In this document: one piece after another, positions 1 through 12,103 of the stretch | Position numbering within the stretch: position 1 is the first letter of the stretch | How the letters are laid out: each line of letters begins with the position of its first letter | NCBI GenBank assembly: GCA_951406725.2 | Contig: OX597817.1 | Coordinates: 159,154,001-159,218,000 of the forward strand | Direction: 5' to 3' | Length of the DNA stretch: 64,000 bases | Source: Octopus vulgaris | Lineage: Eukaryota | Notes under the pieces: generated by a model | Database searches by the model: none | What the model saw: only the letters and a program-made list of their open reading frames with translations | What the model was told of the DNA's origin: nothing | Translations under genes and position numbers: made by a program

Positions 1-520
1 CTCCTCCTCCTTCTTTCATCCTCATCATCCTCATCATCATCATCCTCCTCCTCCTCATCATCATCATCTTCTTCTTTTTCTCCTTTTTCTCCTTTTTTTC
101 TCCTCCTCCTTCTTTCATCCTCATCATCCTCATCATCATCATCCTCCTCCTCCTCCTCATCATCATCTTCTTCTTCTTCTTCTTTTTCTCCTTTTTCTCC
201 TTTTTTTCTCCTCCTCCTTCTTTCATCCTCATCATCCTCATCATCCTCCTCCTCATCATCATCATCATCTTCTTCTTCTTCTTCTTTTTCTCCTTTTTTT
301 CTCCTCCTCCTTCTTTCATCCTCATCATCCTCATCATCCTCCTCCTCCTCATCATCATCATCATCATCTTCTTCTTCTTCTTCTTCTCCTCCACTCTTCC
401 TCCTCCTTCCCTCCTCCTCCCTTGTCGTCGTCATCGTCACTTTTTTTCATTATAATCATTGTCAACCTTCTTCTTTCTCTTCTTCTTCTTCTTCTTCTTC
501 TTCTTCTTCTTCTTCTTCCT
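1..520. repeat. Low-complexity (TCA/TCC/TCT)n tract with higher-order ~100-bp repetition
   Basis: Blocks starting ctcctcctccttctttcatcctcatcatcc recur at ~1, ~100, ~208 and ~301; the tract ends in (TCT)n. Confidence 0.9.
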
Positions 521-930
521 ATGTCCAATAAAATCAATACAAACCTCCGATACTTGCACTCAGCCACCCCACTGTCACCAATATTAGTCACCTATATATA
601 ACGATTTGCTTTCATCTCTAAAGGTTGACAGTATTCAGCGCTGTTTCTCGGTTTACTTACATCGCTTATATGTTAACGTCGACATTACGGCACTTCAACG
701 AAGGACAACGCAACATGCACGGATGACTGGAAAATATCGACCGTGACTGCCGCTCGGGCAGTGACAGTATTCCATTGTGTCGCAGACACAAGTGATGCAC
801 CGACTGTTGCCTTGTGCTTAAGATATAAAAGAAAATATGCAAAAAGTATCATCAAAGTTTGTGGGACATGGGTGTCGCTCATTACACCTCTGGTAACCAA
901 CCATTAAGTAACGCGCCCAGAAATTGCTGT

Positions 931-1215
931 TATCATCATCATTCATTGTTCGACCGTGGTCGAGACAATGGAATTTACCATGCTACGCCAGACTTCACAG
1001 TCCATCATGGCATTACGGAGGTCCTGTTGCTGGATGCCTGTATCCCTGGAGATTACATCAGGGTAGGAGAGTGTGCGCCCTCTGGTATTGCGAGTAGATG
1101 GCTTCCAGAGGAGAAGAGTAGAAATTACTTCTTTTCAGTTCTACAACTATGTCCAGCAAACTGGACTCTCCTACCTTTCACAAGAGATGACACAGGTGGT
1201 AGTTTCCCATATACT
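931..1215 (-). mobile_element. 3' end of RTE-clade LINE (5'-truncated, frameshifted)
   Basis: Minus strand reads YGKLPPVSSLVKGRRVQFAGHSCRTEK, then after a frameshift EVISTLLLWKPSTRNTRGRTLSYPDVISRDTGIQQQDLRNAMMDCEVWRSMVNSIVSTTVEQ*, followed by an (ATG)n tail. This matches the RTE post-RT C-terminus. Confidence 0.8.
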
Positions 1216-1280
1216 GTTATCATAGGTTTGAGGTGATGTGTATCCTCTTACGTAGATTTATGTACACATTTAAGTGTACA

Positions 1281-1430
1281 TACGAGTGGATGCGGAAACG
1301 TTCCTGGCAAAGAGTAATACAAAAAACAGGAGGATCAGCTAATTATGATTTCATTCAACATATTCCCTTCTAGTGCAGCGGTCCTTCAGTTTTTCTAAGC
1401 CGTATAAAAGAACTCGAAAGATTGGGCCGC
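1281..1430. mobile_element. Degenerate mariner-derived MITE fragment
   Basis: tacgagtggatgcggaaacgttcctggc...caggaggatcagctaattatgat...gcagcggtccttcagttttt is similar to the intact MITE at 17095-17270. Confidence 0.65.
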
Positions 1431-1534
1431 CTTTCGTCAACGAAGAGCCCTCGACTACAACAAGACGACCAAAGTTTTTTTTTCCAAGTTCAACTGGTGC
1501 TTATTTTATCCACTCCGAAGCGATGAATGCTTGG

Positions 1535-1696
1535 CAGTATTTCGACTGTCTTTACGTTCTGAGTTCAAATTACGCCGAGGTTGATTTGCCTATCATCCTT
1601 TCGGGGTCGATAAATTAAGTACCAGTTGTGTACTGGGGTCGATCTAATCGACTAGCCCCATCCCCCAAAATTTCGGGCCTTGTGCTAGAAAAGAAT
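1535..1696 (+). mobile_element. SINE family B fragment (alternative tail)
   Basis: gtatttcg...gagttcaaat...tcatcctttcggggtcgataaattaagtaccag core, then the tail ccccaaaatttcgggccttgtgc. Confidence 0.75.
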
Positions 1697-1749
1697 ATAC
1701 AATGCCATTCGAAAAAAAATCTTTGAATATATATTGAGAATCCCCCTGT

Positions 1750-2143
1750 TATTTAATACATACACAAAAACATCAACACAAGAAATATTGGTGGAACATC
1801 CCCATCAAAACATCTGTTATGTATAAAAAGCTGGATATTGTTGTTATGGACCGAAAAGAAAAAGTATGCACTGTCATAGAGGTCAGCTCCCAGCTGATGT
1901 AAATATCTCTGCCAAAATCCTAGAGTAAGAGGATTATTCCAGTCGATGGCTTCGAAGCCTCCAGCTTCTATATCCAGATTACCAATTCACCTTTATACCA
2001 ATAATAATTCGTGGACTTAGTTTCGTTCGTAAATGCCTGGATAAGCTAGGGTTTTCAGAAAGAGAAATAAACCAATTTGCACATTACAGATAGAATCTGT
2101 AAATTGTTAAAGTGGGAAAAACTTTCCTCAAGCTTAAAATGTG
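1750..2143 (+). mobile_element. R4/Dong-like LINE C-terminal restriction-like endonuclease fragment
   Basis: Translates to KYWWNIPIKTS..KKLDIVVMDRKEKVCTVIEVS (degenerate PD-(D/E)xK motif), then ..LQLLYPDYQFTFIPIII..; contains stops and frameshifts. Confidence 0.7.
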
Positions 2144-2164
2144 AATTTCTTTTTTGCTATTTTT

Positions 2165-2558
2165 AGGTGTAGGTAAGTAGCTTGCTTACGTACCACATAG
2201 TTCCGAGTTCAGTCCCACTACGTGGCACCTTGGGCAAGTTCCTTCTACTATAGCCTCGGGTTGACCAAAGCCTTGTGAGTGGATTTGGTAGACGGAAACT
2301 GAAAGAAACCCGTCGTATATAAGTAGATATATATGTATGTGTGTGTGTGTGTATCTGTGTTTGCCTCCCCTCCAACATCGCTTAACAACCGATGCTGGTG
2401 TGTTTACGTCCCCGTAACTAGCGGTTCGGCAAAAGAGACCGATAGAATAAGTACTAAGCTTCCAAAGAATAAGTCCTGGGGTCGATTTGCTCGACTAAAG
2501 GCGGTGCTCAAGCATGGCCACAGTCAAATGACAGAAACAAGTAAAAGAGTAAAAGAGT
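2165..2558 (+). mobile_element. SINE family A (tRNA head, CORE-like domain, internal TA/TG microsatellite)
   Basis: B-box-like gagttcagtccc, CORE-like caccttgggcaag, (GTAAAAGA)n tail; more than 15 copies in the window. Confidence 0.85.
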
Positions 2559-2593
2559 ATATACATTCCAACGAAGGGGCTTTGTTGCATGTA

Positions 2594-2750
2594 TGTACAT
2601 ACATACATACATACATACATACATACATACATACATACATACATACATACACGCATGCATGCATACAGACAGACAAGTAGATAGACAAGCAGAATGGCAG
2701 ACAGACAAATACATGCGTAAATACATACATACATGTATATATACATGCAT
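2594..2750. repeat. (CATA)n microsatellite
   Basis: Direct tetranucleotide repeat. Confidence 0.9.
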
Positions 2751-3076
2751 GATGGCTTCCCCCTCCTTACCGAGTATGGCTATTACACGAAGCTTAACTG
2801 TTATTGGTGCTGTGATCGAATGTGACTTTTTAGCGCAGCTAAAGATCTACAATGTCTTGTACAGAATTGGCAGCTAAAACCTTTACCGGTAATAGCCGGC
2901 TGTAGTTGTAACTGGGCTCCATGTACCTTTGCATGTCGTTTAAGTTCTCCTGTCGAATTACACTCTCTTCCACATGCCTGACAGATATGATTAGATGGTG
3001 TATAACACCACCACCAGTGGCCAGGTTGTCACTCATCTGTCTCGCTTTATGACTACGAAGATGACTCTTGAGTCTG
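2750..3076 (-). mobile_element. RTE-like LINE 3' end encoding tandem C2H2 zinc fingers
   Basis: Minus strand ..LKSHLRSH.., then after a frameshift HICQACGRECNSTGELKRHAKVH...FSCQFCTRHCRSLAALKSHIRSQHQ* (stop 2801-2803), followed by a short 3'UTR. Confidence 0.65.
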
Positions 3077-3298
3077 CATACAAACATAAATACGTACATA
3101 CGTACAAATAAAGAGAAAGAGGATTACTATGGACAACTACTTCGTAACTTTCATCTTCTATTCCCAGATTCACATTTATACGAATAACTAGTATACCAGG
3201 TTTTGCGAATAAATGTCTAAGTGCCAATTTGGAAAGCTCGGGTTTTCATAAAAAGAAATCCAGCAGCTACGTATTCCTTTAAGCGGAATAGCGACTAT

Positions 3299-3689
3299 GT
3301 GGAAGCACTCCGTCGGTTGCTACGATGAGGGTTCCGGTTGATCCGAATCAACGGAACAGCCTGCTCGTGAAATTAACGTGTAAGTGGCTGAGCACTCCAC
3401 AGACACGTGCACATTTAACGTAGTTCTCGGGGATATTCAGCGTGACACAGAGAGTGACAAGGCCGGCCCCTTGAAATACAGGTACAACAGAAACAGAAAG
3501 TAAGAGTGAGAGAAAGTTGTGGTGAAAGAGTACAGCAGGGATCACCACCATCCCCTGCCGGAGCCTCGTGGAGCTTTTTTAGGTGTTTTCGCTCAATAAA
3601 CACTCACAACGCCCGGTCTGGGAATCGAAACCGCGATCCTATGACCGCGAATCCGCTGCCCTAACCACTGGGCCATTGCGCCTCCACAA
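3299..3689 (-). mobile_element. SINE family C, full length, tRNA-derived head
   Basis: Head with A box (tggcccagtggt) and B-box-like ggtttcgattcc; 13-bp TSD gaatagcgactat at 3286-3298 and 3690-3702; near-identical copy at 55887-56272. Confidence 0.9.
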
Positions 3690-3870
3690 GAATAGCGACT
3701 ATATGTAAGACATGTCTCAAAATATGAATTTGTTTTGTTATCTACATTCCAACGATATATCTTTGTATCTTTGACAGAAACCAGCTCCTTCCTTACAAGA
3801 CTTCAAATCATTAATACAGAAGGGAACATACATTCATGCACGCATAGATATATACATGCATGCATACATA

Positions 3871-5140
3871 CGAGGGGCGTTCAATAAGTAATGCCCCTGA
3901 CCCACTTCCCATAGCAGTAGAGCAACGACACTTAACACAGTTATTAGTCTTTTCCTACATAGGAACTACCCAGAGTTATGCATTTCTCCCATCGTTTGAT
4001 ACAGCTCTGGAGACCGTTTTCGTAGAAGACCCCAGCTTGGTCCTCCAACCACGACGTGACTTCAGAAATCAAGGCTGCATCATCTGGGAAACGCTTTCCT
4101 TTCAAAATCAACTTCATGGCTGGGAAGAGGTGAAAATCAGAGGGTGCAAGGGGAGGAGTTCATAGCTGCACGCCTGTGCTTCTGATCTGGCGACACGCGA
4201 GTTGTGGACCGGAGCGTTGTCCTGCAGGAGGAGGATGCCTTTGCTGATCTTGCCCCGCCTCTTGATTTTGATAGCTTCTCTTAATTTCCTCAAAAGTGAA
4301 GCATAATAGGCTCCTGTAATTGTGGTACCCTTTGCCAGGAAATCTGTCATCACTACTCCGTCCTGGTCCCAGAAGACTGTGAGCATAACCTTGTCAGCGG
4401 AGGGCTGCACCCTTGCCTTCTTTGGAGGAGGTGAGTCACGGTGCTTTCACTGCATTGACTGGGCTTTGGTCTATGGATCATAGTGATGGACCCAGGTTTT
4501 ATCCTGTGTGATCAGTCTTTTGAAAAATTTTGACTCATCTTCTTGGCACATCTCCAAATTCATCCTCGAGCACTCAACGCGTTCTTGCTTCTGGAAAGGT
4601 GTGAGCAACCTGGAAATCCATCTGGCAGACACCTTTTGCATATGCAAATGGTCATGAATGATAGTTTCCACAGACCCGGTACTAATCTTGACCTTATGGG
4701 CTATTTGGCGAATAGTTATGCGTTGACCTTCCAAAATGGCAGCCTCAACTTGACGGACAGACGTCTCATCAACGGCAGAAGGGGGCGACCAGATCTGGGA
4801 GCTGTTTCCACAGAGTTCCGACTATGTTTGAATTCACAATGCCAGCGTTTTACAAGGTCATATGATGGGGCATCATCACCATAAGTTACTTTCATTTCAT
4901 CAAAAGTCTCCCGTGGTGTGCGTCCTTTCAAATACAAAAACCAGATCACTGCTCGACACTCAACAGGCTCCATTTCACACTTGACTCAGTTCAAACACCT
5001 GTAAATCAGAAACCACAATTAGTTCAGAGCTGTAATTCGCCACTTAATCTATAGAGGTATAAATAAGTGCACATGCAAAATTTCAGCTAGATCAAACAAC
5101 TGCAAGTGGGTCAGGGGCATTACTTATTGAACGCCCCTCG
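3871..5140 (-). mobile_element. Full-length mariner DNA transposon (irritans-like TIRs)
   Basis: Perfect 37-bp TIRs cgaggggcgttcaataagtaatgcccctgacccactt (3871-3907 / 5104-5140), TA duplication on both sides, 1270 bp long. Confidence 0.95.
3944..4973 (-). pseudogene. Disrupted mariner DD34D transposase
   Basis: HTH N-terminus, VSARWISRLL (WVPHEL-like), TQDKTWVHHYDP, VMLTVFWD, LLQDNAPVH, LAPSDFHLF...RWEKCI. Frameshift near 4760, in-frame stop at 4471, and the HPPYSPD segment is deleted near 4150. Confidence 0.9.
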
Positions 5141-5567
5141 TACATATATACACACCTACATACATACACACATATAAATAAACATACATGCATACATACA
5201 TTCATTCATAAATACACGCACACACACAAACATATACATGCATTCATACATTCATGCATACATACATACATGCATACACACCTACATACAAACATACATA
5301 ATATACATACATACATACATATATACATACATACATATATACATACATACACACCTTCATACATGCACACATATAAACATATATAGATACATTCATACAT
5401 AAATACACACACACACACATACATACATACATACATACATACATACATACATACATACATGCATGCATACATACATACATGCATGCATACATACATACAT
5501 ACATACATACATACATACATACATACATACATACATACATACATACATACATACATACATACATACA

Positions 5568-5596
<29 letters not shown>
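5141..5596. repeat. (CATA)n / (CA)n microsatellite
   Basis: Direct repeat. Confidence 0.9.
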
Positions 5597-5598
<2 letters not shown>

Positions 5599-6082
5599 CC
5601 TGTTGATATTGTTGAAATTCTAGAGAGGAGCCTTGTATCTAGATTAGAAACCAGCTCTTTCTCTATTGGCAAGAAATCTTGAAATATAGGCTGAATAATG
5701 ATTACAAGTTCAGGTTTATACTTGTGATTATTGGGGCGCTAGGGTTCGTAACACACTGCCTAAACACTGATCTTGAGAAATTAGGCTTTTCAAAACCAGA
5801 AGGGAGAAAGCTGATTCGAAGACTAAGATCCAAGCCATCACTGGAACTGTAAAAATCTGTAAAACTTTCCAGTAGTTTATCATTTAGGTATATATGAGCA
5901 TGTCTACATATGCAACTATATGCATGAAAATACATGCATAAAACATAAAACATACATACATACATACATACATACATACATACATACATACATACATAAA
6001 TATCTTGTCGTTGGTGGATCCTTGGATCTAGGTTAGAAACCGGCTCCTACTCTATTGGCAAGAAATCTTGAAATAAAACTGA
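5597..6082 (+). mobile_element. Two head-to-tail 3' ends of an R4/Dong-like LINE
   Basis: 5700-5887 encodes DYKFRFILVIIGALGFVTHCLNTDLEKLGFSKPEGRKLIRRL..TGTVKICKTF, homologous to 1978-2143. The terminal block tctag.ttagaaacc.gctc...ctattggcaagaaatcttgaaata occurs at ~5638-5686 and ~6027-6075. Confidence 0.65.
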
Positions 6083-6480
6083 GGAGTGGCTGTGTGGTAA
6101 GTACCCTGCTTACCAATCACATGGTTACGGGTTCAGTCCCACTGCGTGGAACCTTGGGCAAGTGTCTTCAACTATAGCCTCGGGTCGACCAAATCCTTGT
6201 GAGTGAATTTGGTAGACGGAAACTGAAAGAAGCCTGTCGTATATATGTATATATGTATTTGTGTGTATATGTTTGTGTGTCTGTGTTTGTCCCTCCCCCA
6301 ACATCGCTTGACAACCGATGCTGATGTGTTTACGTCCCCGTAACTTAGCGGTTCGGCAAAAGAGACCGATAGAATAAGTACAAGGCTTACAAAGAATAAG
6401 TCCTGGGGTCGATTTGCTCGACTAAAAGGCGGTGCTCCAACATGGCCGCAGTCAAATGACTGAAACAAGTAAAAGAGAGT
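6083..6480 (+). mobile_element. SINE family A
   Basis: Near full-length match to the family; it interrupts the LINE tail. Confidence 0.85.
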
Positions 6481-7339
6481 AATGTCATATATACGTATCT
6501 GTCACCATAACAGGATACGAAACTGCGACCTTTCGTTTCAGAAATCTGCTGCTCTCACATTGTTATATGTGGAACTGGCTATTCCACGTTTCTGTTTACT
6601 TCCGTCATTCTGAACAAACGCATTAACGTCATAGTCTCTTACGTCTTCCATCTCTTACGCAGTCGCTCAGGCTAGCTAGAAATAGAAGCGAATAACCTTC
6701 AAATTATATCCAGTGTGAGTGTTGCGTTCGAAGAGGACACATTAAATAATGGAATCTTCTACATATCCATAAAAGGACGAGATGACTGTGGATGGATAAA
6801 TAGATTGCTTTTGATCAGAGAGAGAGATCTGCACGATCAAGGGTTGAGCTGAAGCTAAACAACAAAAACAGCTTCGACGATAGCGACGACAATCAGGGCG
6901 ACTACGATGACAGCGGCAACAGCAGCAGCAGCGTGTCACCCCGAGGCTTCATTGCTATGTGAGAAATGGTTGCTGTGTGTTAAAAGCAAGTCATTTAGTC
7001 AGTGAAACTACAAAGGAAAAAATATTAGTGGGAACGTCTTTATTAGTTTTTGAGTTCTCACCGTACTTGGTCACACTTCCTTTATAACGTTGTGTGGGAA
7101 AAAAAAATTGGGAGATTTGGCGGGTTTGTGTGTATGTGTGTGTATATGTGTATATATATACACAACGCATAAACAGTTACACACACTCTCTCTCTTTCTG
7201 AATATGTGTGTACACACACACACACACACACACACATACGACACATACGCACACACGCACACATATAAATATAACAGGAGGGAAAGGAAGATTTATTCAT
7301 TCATTCATATAAACTTGCATACAGATTAAGAGTCAAACA

Positions 7340-7354
7340 GACAGATAAATAGAT

Positions 7355-7399
<45 letters not shown>

Positions 7400-7860
7400 T
7401 AGAGAGAGAGAGACAGGAAGAGAGGGAGAGAGAGAGAGACAGAGAAGCAGAGACAGGGACATGCAGTTGTTGGATTAAAGAAAAAAAGAGACAGAAAGAG
7501 AAAGGGGAATAAAGTAAGAATAAAAGAAACGGGGTAAAAAAAAAAGCAACGAAAGAAAAATATATAATGGATAGTAAGAGAGATGATCCAATTGTGAGAG
7601 GAAAAGAGAGAAATGTGGCGAGAGAGAGAGAGATGAGAGAGAGGGAGAGAAAGAGGAAAAGACAGAGGGTGGAAGGGAGAGAGTGAGGAGAGAGTGGGGG
7701 AGAAAGACGGGAGGGAGGAAAGGCGTGGAGGAAGAAGGGGTAAGAAATAGAGAGAAGGGAGAGAAAGTGTGAGAAAGAGACAGGGAAGGTGAGAGTGGTA
7801 AGAGAAAAAGAGAAGGCGGGAGAGAGACGGAAGGAAGTCGTAGTGTTCCAGCAAAGCAGA
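7340..7860. repeat. (GA)n / purine-rich low-complexity tract
   Basis: Base composition. Confidence 0.85.
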
Positions 7861-8171
7861 CGACACAAAGTGGACAGTGACCCCAGCAAATCATGTTGAA
7901 CAGCAAATAGCAAATATTTCATCAAAAGAAAATGGATCGCTGAATGGTTTGTAGTGTGAACAGTATGGACGACGGTGGTGAAGATGTTGGCGGTTGTAGT
8001 GGTGGTGGTTGTGGTGGTGATACTTTGGATGATGTGGGCAATGTTACTAATGGCAATGATGGTGGTGGCTGCAATAGTTGTGGTAGGGATGGCGAAGAAG
8101 ATGCTCGTGGTGAGGGTAGTGATGGTTACAGCTGTTATGGTACTTAGGTACTTGTGGCTTTGGTGGTGATC

Positions 8172-8440
8172 TTTTATCTTTGACTTATTTCAGTCATTAA
8201 AATGCGGCCATGCTGGGACACCACCTGAAAGAATTTTAGTCGAACGAATCGACCGCAGTACTATTTTTTTTCCTTTTAAAGCCTGGTACTTGTTCTATCA
8301 GTCTCTTTTACCGAACCGCTAAGTTACGGGAACATAAACACACCAACACTGGTTATCAAGTGGCTGTGGTGGGACGATAAACTGGCATAAAGACTCAAGC
8401 ACACACACACACACACACACATACAACGGGCTTCTTTCAG
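8172..8440 (-). mobile_element. Diverged SINE family A fragment
   Basis: cagtcatt..gcggccatgctgg..accgaaccgctaagttacggg motifs in reverse orientation. Confidence 0.7.
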
Positions 8441-8944
<504 letters not shown>

Positions 8945-9743
8945 GTGTGAGAAAAATATAAAACCTTTTTTACATAAGACGGTGATCAGTCATGGGCAAA
9001 ATGTGACCCACGGAACTCTTTGAATGGCACACCTAACAAAAAAAATTGCCACTAAAGGATTTTTGTAGTGCGGCCCGCTTGATAATGAGCAGCATGTCTT
9101 ATGTGTCCCGCTGCTTGAAAGAGGTTACCCATGCCGGCGGTAGTGTGTGATTTAAAGGAAATTTAGCTGCTACATCAAGCAAAGGAAACTACTTGCGTTA
9201 CAAGTTTCATCGTTTGATGTTGATGGTGATGGTGATATTTGTGATGGTGATGGTATTTGGGGTAATGGTGAAGGCAAATGTTGATGGTGGTTGTGGTGGT
9301 GGTGGTAAGCAGCACTTTTTTCTCCGCCTTCATCTTCCTCTTTAAGTGGAACGGGAAGAAATTGAGGAGGGCTTAATTAAAGGGAGAGAAATGTGTGTAC
9401 TCAGTCCTGCCATTCATTGCTACCACGCATCGCCATCCATCATAACTACCAGAAAGGGCTCAGCCCTTCTTGGTCCTCGCGAAGATCTGAACCAAAAGCT
9501 GATAACACGTGTAGCCCTTGTTGGACATAATTTCATCAATCAGTAAATGCTTGGACATTGTTCTAGTGCGCGGAGAACGATTCCGTCACTCTGCACGCAT
9601 CACGGACTGGTACGTTACTGCGTATTCCATGAACGTAGTAACGTACCGGGAAATTTTATTTGCATATGTAATGCCTTCCAATAGCGCTACAAAACCAGGG
9701 ATTCCTGAAAATTGACCATGGTCATTAGACTGAAAGCACTTCT

Positions 9744-9938
9744 GAATATTGCAACGTTGATATTTGCAATCTACAGAGTTGGTGGCGAGCAAAAACGACG
9801 ACGTTTTCGGGAAGACAATGAACTTCAATAAAAATTAACTCAGATAATTTTTATTGAAGTTCATTGTCTTCCCGAAAACGCCGTCGTTTTTGCTCGCCAC
9901 CGACTCTGTAGATTGCAAATATCAACGTTGCAATATTC
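9744..9938. repeat. Long near-perfect inverted repeat (94-bp arms, 7-nt loop)
   Basis: 9744-9837 is the reverse complement of 9845-9938, with 2 mismatches. Confidence 0.92.
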
Positions 9939-10418
9939 GCATAGCAGAGAATTGTGAACGCCTAACAACATTTCAGATGTCAATCTCTCAGTCTTGGTTT
10001 TCACTTGACCCAGGATTTCAACCCCGACAGAGATCATAGATCTGCTCAAGCACGAGTTATGAGAAAACGTAGTCAAAACACATGGCGCTCATATCTACTT
10101 GGATAAAAACTTGGGCAAGACACAACATTACACTGATTTCCGAAGTGTCCTACTCTATGAAGGTGACTGCGATTACTCTATGCTGGCACAACTTTTACGC
10201 ATATCAGTTAGAATGAGATTTTATATCGAGCGTCCTTTCTGCAGCATTGATCTTCTGCAGCATTGATCCAAGATCGAAAATATACGTGAGTAATGAGAGA
10301 GGACACTCATGACAGACTGGCGTTAGGATTAGAAATGGTACCGACAGGTAGTAATTTAGTCTAACCACGAGCTGATTCTGCGTTGAAGCAATTCAGCCCT
10401 TAAAATAGAGACTGACTG

Positions 10419-10864
10419 AGGGCGGCGAGTTGGCAGAAACGTTAGCACGCCGGGCGAAATGCGTAGCCGTATTTCGTCTGTCGTTACGTTCCGAGTTCAA
10501 ATACCGCCGAGGTCGACTTTGCCTTTCATCCTTTCGGAGTCGATAAATTAAGTACCAGTTACGCACTGGGGTCGATGTAAACGACTTAACCCCTTTGTCT
10601 GTCCTTATTTGTCCTCTCTATGTTTAGCCCCTTGTGGGCAATAAAGAAATAAGAAACGTTAGCACGCCGGGCGAAATGCGTAGCCGTATTTCGTATGCCG
10701 TTACGTTCTGAGTTCAAATTCCGCCGAGGTCGACTTTGCTTTCATCCTTTCGAGGTCGATAAATTAAGTACCAGTTACGCACTGGGGTCGATGTAAACGA
10801 CTTAACCCCTTTGTCTGTCCTTGTTTGTCCCCTCTGTGTTTAGCCCCTTGTGGGTAGTAAAAAA
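10419..10864 (+). mobile_element. SINE family B dimer (tRNA head + Meta-like domain)
   Basis: Two units containing gcctttcatcctttcg..gtcgataaattaagtacc; one 17-bp TSD aaaatagagactgactg (10402-10418 / 10865-10881). Confidence 0.88.
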
Positions 10865-12103
10865 AAAATAGAGACTGACTGCACTGTTAACAGTCACTAT
10901 GATGGTCGACTCCATTGAAAGCTTTAAACTAATCAAAAAGCGAGCTCTTTTACTCCCACATCTCTACGACCTATCACATGACGTGGAGGTACTCGTGGAA
11001 ACACCTGCCGGAAATCGCATAAATCGCATAATGTGCTCCTGGACACAATACCTCTCTCAAGTATAATGAGATATCAAAGAAGCCGCCAACCAGCTACCTT
11101 CATATGCTTGTACTTGTATTTTGTTGTGTCGTTTTTCAAGGTGGGGCATTTTGCTTAATGTAGGCGCTCGTGTGACAAGTCCCTTCTGCGATTGAGTCTG
11201 TTCTTGGTTGGTTTTTGTAGTTGTTGTTGATGTTGTTTTGGTGGTTGTGGTAGCAAAAATTGGTTCATCCCTTTTTTCCTGTGAACAGTCGTGGTCTTGG
11301 CTGATGCGTGTGTAACTCCTAAGCCCTTTCCATCCACTACAGCTCTCCTTTGATACCCACTTTTCACATAATTGAGGTTGGTAATCTTCAGGTAGTTTGT
11401 AAGAGTAACTAACATCTGCACCTCTGCCTGAACGCCCAAACATTTCTGGTAGGTTGTCAATTTGGGTTTTATAATATCCTCATATTTTTATAGCTTAATT
11501 ATTTGAACATCTGCGTTTTTGTTGGACGACACGTCATTTGTTGTGATTTTCGTTACATGTAGTCCAACAGTTATAGCTAACCTGTCGGAGGAATATAATA
11601 TATATTTAACAGCCTCTTAACCTCATCTTTATCGGTGCACAAAGCAAATACTGTCTTCTGTTTTCCCTCTTTACTTATGTGTCATGGAACCCCATACACA
11701 CTTTGGGTATTTTTGAACCTGCGTTGGAATGGAACTGTCGATTGATTTGAGTTTCCCATAAAGAAAAGTCCTTCTCTGCTCTATTTCTTTTCTGTTTCTA
11801 ACTCTTAGCTGAAAGCGGGCATGTCAGGTTGAAAAATGTAGGCCTGCATTTTTGTAAATAACTTTTCTTGTCTAGTCTAGATAGTATGGCTTTGGCGAGC
11901 GAAAATCTATGATCTAAGAAGGAGTTTGGGTGGGATTTCCATAGATTAGAGAGGATGATTTTCAGAGAGCCGATTTAGGAGGAAGAGCGGATTTGGTAAA
12001 GTGCAGTGTTCTAAGGCTAGAACAGATATGTCAAGAAGAAACAGAAGAAAAGAATAAAACAGTGTTGAGACGGGCTTGAAATAGAAATTTCAGTAGTATA
12101 GAC

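Noticed and set aside
1-591. Acidic/basic low-complexity ORF on the minus strand
   Set aside because: Trinucleotide repeat read-through; no splice signals or domain.
685-900. CpG-containing unique segment as a possible exon
   Set aside because: No splice acceptor/donor pair or recognisable peptide.
3620-3689. tRNA-like sequences at SINE heads
   Set aside because: They have A/B boxes but no complete acceptor stem, and they continue into SINE bodies with TSDs; not tRNA genes.
11057-11460. Two overlapping minus-strand ORFs (128 and 101 aa)
   Set aside because: Probably decayed LINE ORF1-like sequence; no confident domain.
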